Origin: Candidatus Latescibacterota bacterium
GTDB lineage: Bacteria; Krumholzibacteriota; Krumholzibacteriia; WVZY01; JAKEHA01
Direction of reading: 5' to 3'
Length of the DNA stretch: 64,000 bases
Assembly (NCBI GenBank): GCA_963707635.1
Contig: OY970173.1
Location: 320,001-384,000 of the forward strand
Shown here in pieces: positions 61,148-64,000 of this stretch; within the stretch, counting starts at the first letter, position 1, and each line of letters begins with the position of its first letter. The position numbers and the translations under genes were made by a program. The notes beneath the pieces were generated by a model. The model worked only from the letters and a program-made list of their open reading frames with translations. It searched no databases and was not told where the DNA came from.

Positions 61148-62413
61148 TCACGATCGATACATGCGAATATCGTAGGTCGCGCCCAGCTCGCGCGCGAGGA
61201 CTCGGGCCGGTTCGGCGTCGAAGCCCGGCTGCGCGATGAACTCGCACACCGTCCGGATGCCGGACGCCGTGGAGCAGCGCACGAAGTCGCGCATCGATTC
61301 CCAGCCTTCCTTGCCCATCTTCGGAAACGCCAGGCTGTCGTGCTGCTCCGCGGTCACACCGAACCACGGCACCACCATCTCGTCCACCACTCCCGCCAGT
61401 TCTTTGGTAACGTCGCGCCCCGCCGCGTGATTCGCAAGCCCGGGCGTGTGCAACCGCACACGCCACCCCAGTTCCTTCGCGCGGGCAGCCATGGCAACTG
61501 CCCGCTCCATGTTGGAGAGCGGGTCGACCAGTCCGGCGATGACCGCTTCCTCCACCGTGTCGGCGGGGAACGCATCCAAGTCGGCGGGCAGCGCCGAAGC
61601 GGAGTGAATATAGACGGTGTCGTCGATCCTGTAAACCGGCCGGGGCAGAGACTCCGCGGTCAGGCCCATCGCCGCCAGGTAGTTTTCCGTGGTGGCCTGG
61701 TCCACCTCCGCCGGCGACAGCGCCTTCGCGTTCGCGACCGCGCGCAGCACGTGGGCGACAAACGACGGTTCGTTGCGCTTGCCGCGCCACGGATGCGGAG
61801 TCAGATACGGCGAATCGGTCTCCAGCACGATCTTCTCGAGGGGGAGGCTGGCCACCGTCTCGAACAGTCGCGCGTTCTGGTAGGTGATGACCCCGCCGAT
61901 GCCCACGTGGAACCCCAGCTCGAAAATCCGCCGCGCCTCGGCCTCCCCGGCCGAGAAGGCGTGGAAGATGCCTCGGTAGCTTCCGCCCTCCGTCGTCAGC
62001 ACGTCGATGACTTCGTTGAAGGAATCGCGGCAGTGGATGACGATGGGCTTGTTCTCCGCGCGCGCCAGGCGAATCATGCGCCGGAATACCTCGGTTTGTA
62101 CCTCGCGTGGCGCCACGTCGCGATAGAAGTCGAGCCCGATCTCGCCCACCGCGACCACGCGCGGGTGCTGGAGCGCGCCGCGGACCTCGCCCTCGAGCGC
62201 ATCGTCGAGGGCGGCCGCATCATGCGGGTGCACGCCGGCCGCACCGAACATGAACGGAAAGCGCTCGAGCAGCTCGAGCGTGTTACGCAGCGACTCCCGG
62301 TCGTAGCCGATGTTCATGAACGCCGCCACGCCGTCCGAGATCGCGTTGGCCATGACGCTCTCGCGATCGTCGTCGAAGTGCGGAAGATTGAGATGACAGT
62401 GTGAATCGATCAT
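61148..62413 (-). CDS. tatD: TatD family hydrolase fused to a degenerate radical-SAM-like domain
   Basis: IDSHCHL, GVHPH, VGEIGLDFY, IHCRD, FHAFS, ETDSPYL, RGKRNEP; extra C-terminal domain of about 160 aa. Confidence 0.9.
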   Translation of the reverse strand: MIDSHCHLNLPHFDDDRESVMANAISDGVAAFMNIGYDRESLRNTLELLERFPFMFGAAGVHPHDAAALDDALEGEVRGALQHPRVVAVGEIGLDFYRDVAPREVQTEVFRRMIRLARAENKPIVIHCRDSFNEVIDVLTTEGGSYRGIFHAFSAGEAEARRIFELGFHVGIGGVITYQNARLFETVASLPLEKIVLETDSPYLTPHPWRGKRNEPSFVAHVLRAVANAKALSPAEVDQATTENYLAAMGLTAESLPRPVYRIDDTVYIHSASALPADLDAFPADTVEEAVIAGLVDPLSNMERAVAMAARAKELGWRVRLHTPGLANHAAGRDVTKELAGVVDEMVVPWFGVTAEQHDSLAFPKMGKEGWESMRDFVRCSTASGIRTVCEFIAQPGFDAEPARVLARELGATYDIRMYRS

Positions 62414-62422
62414 AGGTTGTTT

Positions 62423-63972
62423 CTAGGACGCCGGCATTTCGAGCCGGGGGAACAGAACGACCGGCTCGCCGATCCGCGTCCACGCGGGGTCGCCGGCTCG
62501 GCCCGCTTCATCGAGCGACAGCTTGCCGAAGTCCCGGGCGAGCGCCAACTGGGCCCGCATTTCCGCTGCCTTTTCCGGCATGAACGGCTGGCACATGAGC
62601 GAACACGCGCGCAGCACTTCCAGCAAAGCGCGCAGCGTCGCGCCGAGCGCCGCGGTGTCCTTCGCCTTGGCGAGCACCCACGGCTTCTTTTCTTCGACGA
62701 AGCGATTCGCCCCTGTCACCGCGCGCCACATCGCCGCCAGCGCGCGGTCGAACTCGAGCCGGTCCATGTGCCGGTGATAGTCGGCGACCACGCCCTCGAG
62801 CAGCCGCGCGGCGTCGCGCTGCGCCGCCTCGGTCCACGCCGGCACTTCGCCGCCGAAGTAGCGATTCGTCATCGACAGCGTGCGCGAGAACAGGTTGCCC
62901 AGCTCGTTCGCCAGCTCGGCATTGTAGCGCGTTACGAACAGTTCTACGGTGAAATCTCCGTCGCGATCGAAGGCGATCTCGCGCAGCAGCAGGTAGCGCA
63001 GCGCGTCCGCCCCGAAGAATCGGGCCAGGTCCTCCGGATCGACGATGTTGCCGATGGTCTTGCTCATCTTCTCGCCGCGATTGTACACGAAGCCGTGGCC
63101 GAAGATGCTCCTCGGCAGCGGGACCTCGGCGGCCATCAACATCGCCGGCCAGATGAGGCAGTGGAAGCGCGTGATGTCCTTGCCGATCACGTGGACGTCG
63201 CACGGCCAGTACCTGTCGAACTTGCCGTCCCGGCGCCGCGATTGCCGTCGTCCTCGCCGTATCCCAGCGCCGATATATAATTGATAAGGGCATCGAACCA
63301 GACGTACACCACCTGGTCGGCCGCGATCGGGAGCGGCACGCCCCAGGTCCGGCCCGCGCGCGAGACGCTCACGTCGTCCAGGCCCGATTCGATCACGTTC
63401 AAGATTTCGTTTTTCCTGATCTCGGGGCGCACGAAGTCCGGATTGGCGAGAATGTGGGCCTTCAGGCGGTCGGCGAACTTCGAGAGCGCAAAGAAGTAGT
63501 TGGTCTCCTCGATGTAACGCGGCACCGTGTGGTGGCGCGGGCACTTGCCGTCTACCAGGTCCTTGTCGACCTTGAACTCCTCGCACCCGTCGCAGTAGAG
63601 GCCGGCGTACTTCCCCTCGAAGATGAAGCCGCGCTCGTGGATCCGTTTGAAGAGGTGCGCCACCGCGCGCTTGTGCACCGGGTCGGTGGTGCGGATGAAC
63701 TGGTCGTACGAAATGTGGAGCGACTTCCAGGTCCGTTCGAATACCACCGCCATCTCGTCGGTATAGGCCTGCGGATCCTTGCCCAGGGCGCGGGCTTCTC
63801 GTTCGACGTTGGTCGAATGCTCGTCCGTCCCCATCAGGAAGTAGGTGTCGAAGCCGGCGAGCCGTTTGTAGCGCGCCAGGCAGTCGGCGCCGATCTTCTC
63901 GTACGCGGTGCCCAGGTGCGGCCGCGCGTTGACGTAGTCAATGGCGGTCGTGACGTAGTAAGTTTTCTTCAT
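62423..63972 (-). CDS. metG: Methionyl-tRNA synthetase (short form); apparent frameshift near 63230
   Basis: YYVTTAIDYVN..PHLG, GTDEH, FIRTT, YVWFDALINY, then in the next frame IGKDITRFH, KMSKT, DALRY, LANELGNL. Confidence 0.97.
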
Positions 63973-64000
63973 GGTGGAATCGGGCGCGGAAAAGCCCGTA

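Noticed and set aside
63187..63260. Programmed frameshifting in metG, secD or glnD
   Set aside because: No slippery heptamers or shared context at the breaks; scattered indels fit sequencing error better.

Overview
A GC-rich, mostly minus-strand chromosomal segment from a diderm bacterium. Gene content and C-terminal (T/S)WGxxKxxY motifs suggest an FCB-related candidate lineage such as Krumholzibacteriota or Latescibacterota; this is inference. Core genes are rpmE, rho, priA, tsaD, glnB, glnE, glnD, glnA, nnr, secDF, pdxJ, rsmA, tatD and metG. No rRNA, tRNA, CRISPR array, integrase or transposase was found. At least seven genes carry single-base indels, including metG and secD, which most likely reflects long-read or assembly error. 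Five observations stand out. (1) A dispersed ~95-nt hairpin element occurs four times, with a conserved inner core and outer stems that differ in sequence yet stay paired. (2) A five-gene signalling operon behind a sigma54-like promoter has two paralogous kinase-GAF-HD-GYP hybrids with degenerate HD-GYP sites, a sensor-less kinase, a REC-GGDEF protein and a lone receiver. (3) A beta-barrel gene is followed by a tandem mosaic lipoprotein array with a WGxxK tail, including an internal copy of that tail. (4) rho sits between two close TPR paralogues that have different signal-peptide types. (5) TatD is fused to a radical-SAM-derived domain that has lost its Fe-S cysteines.
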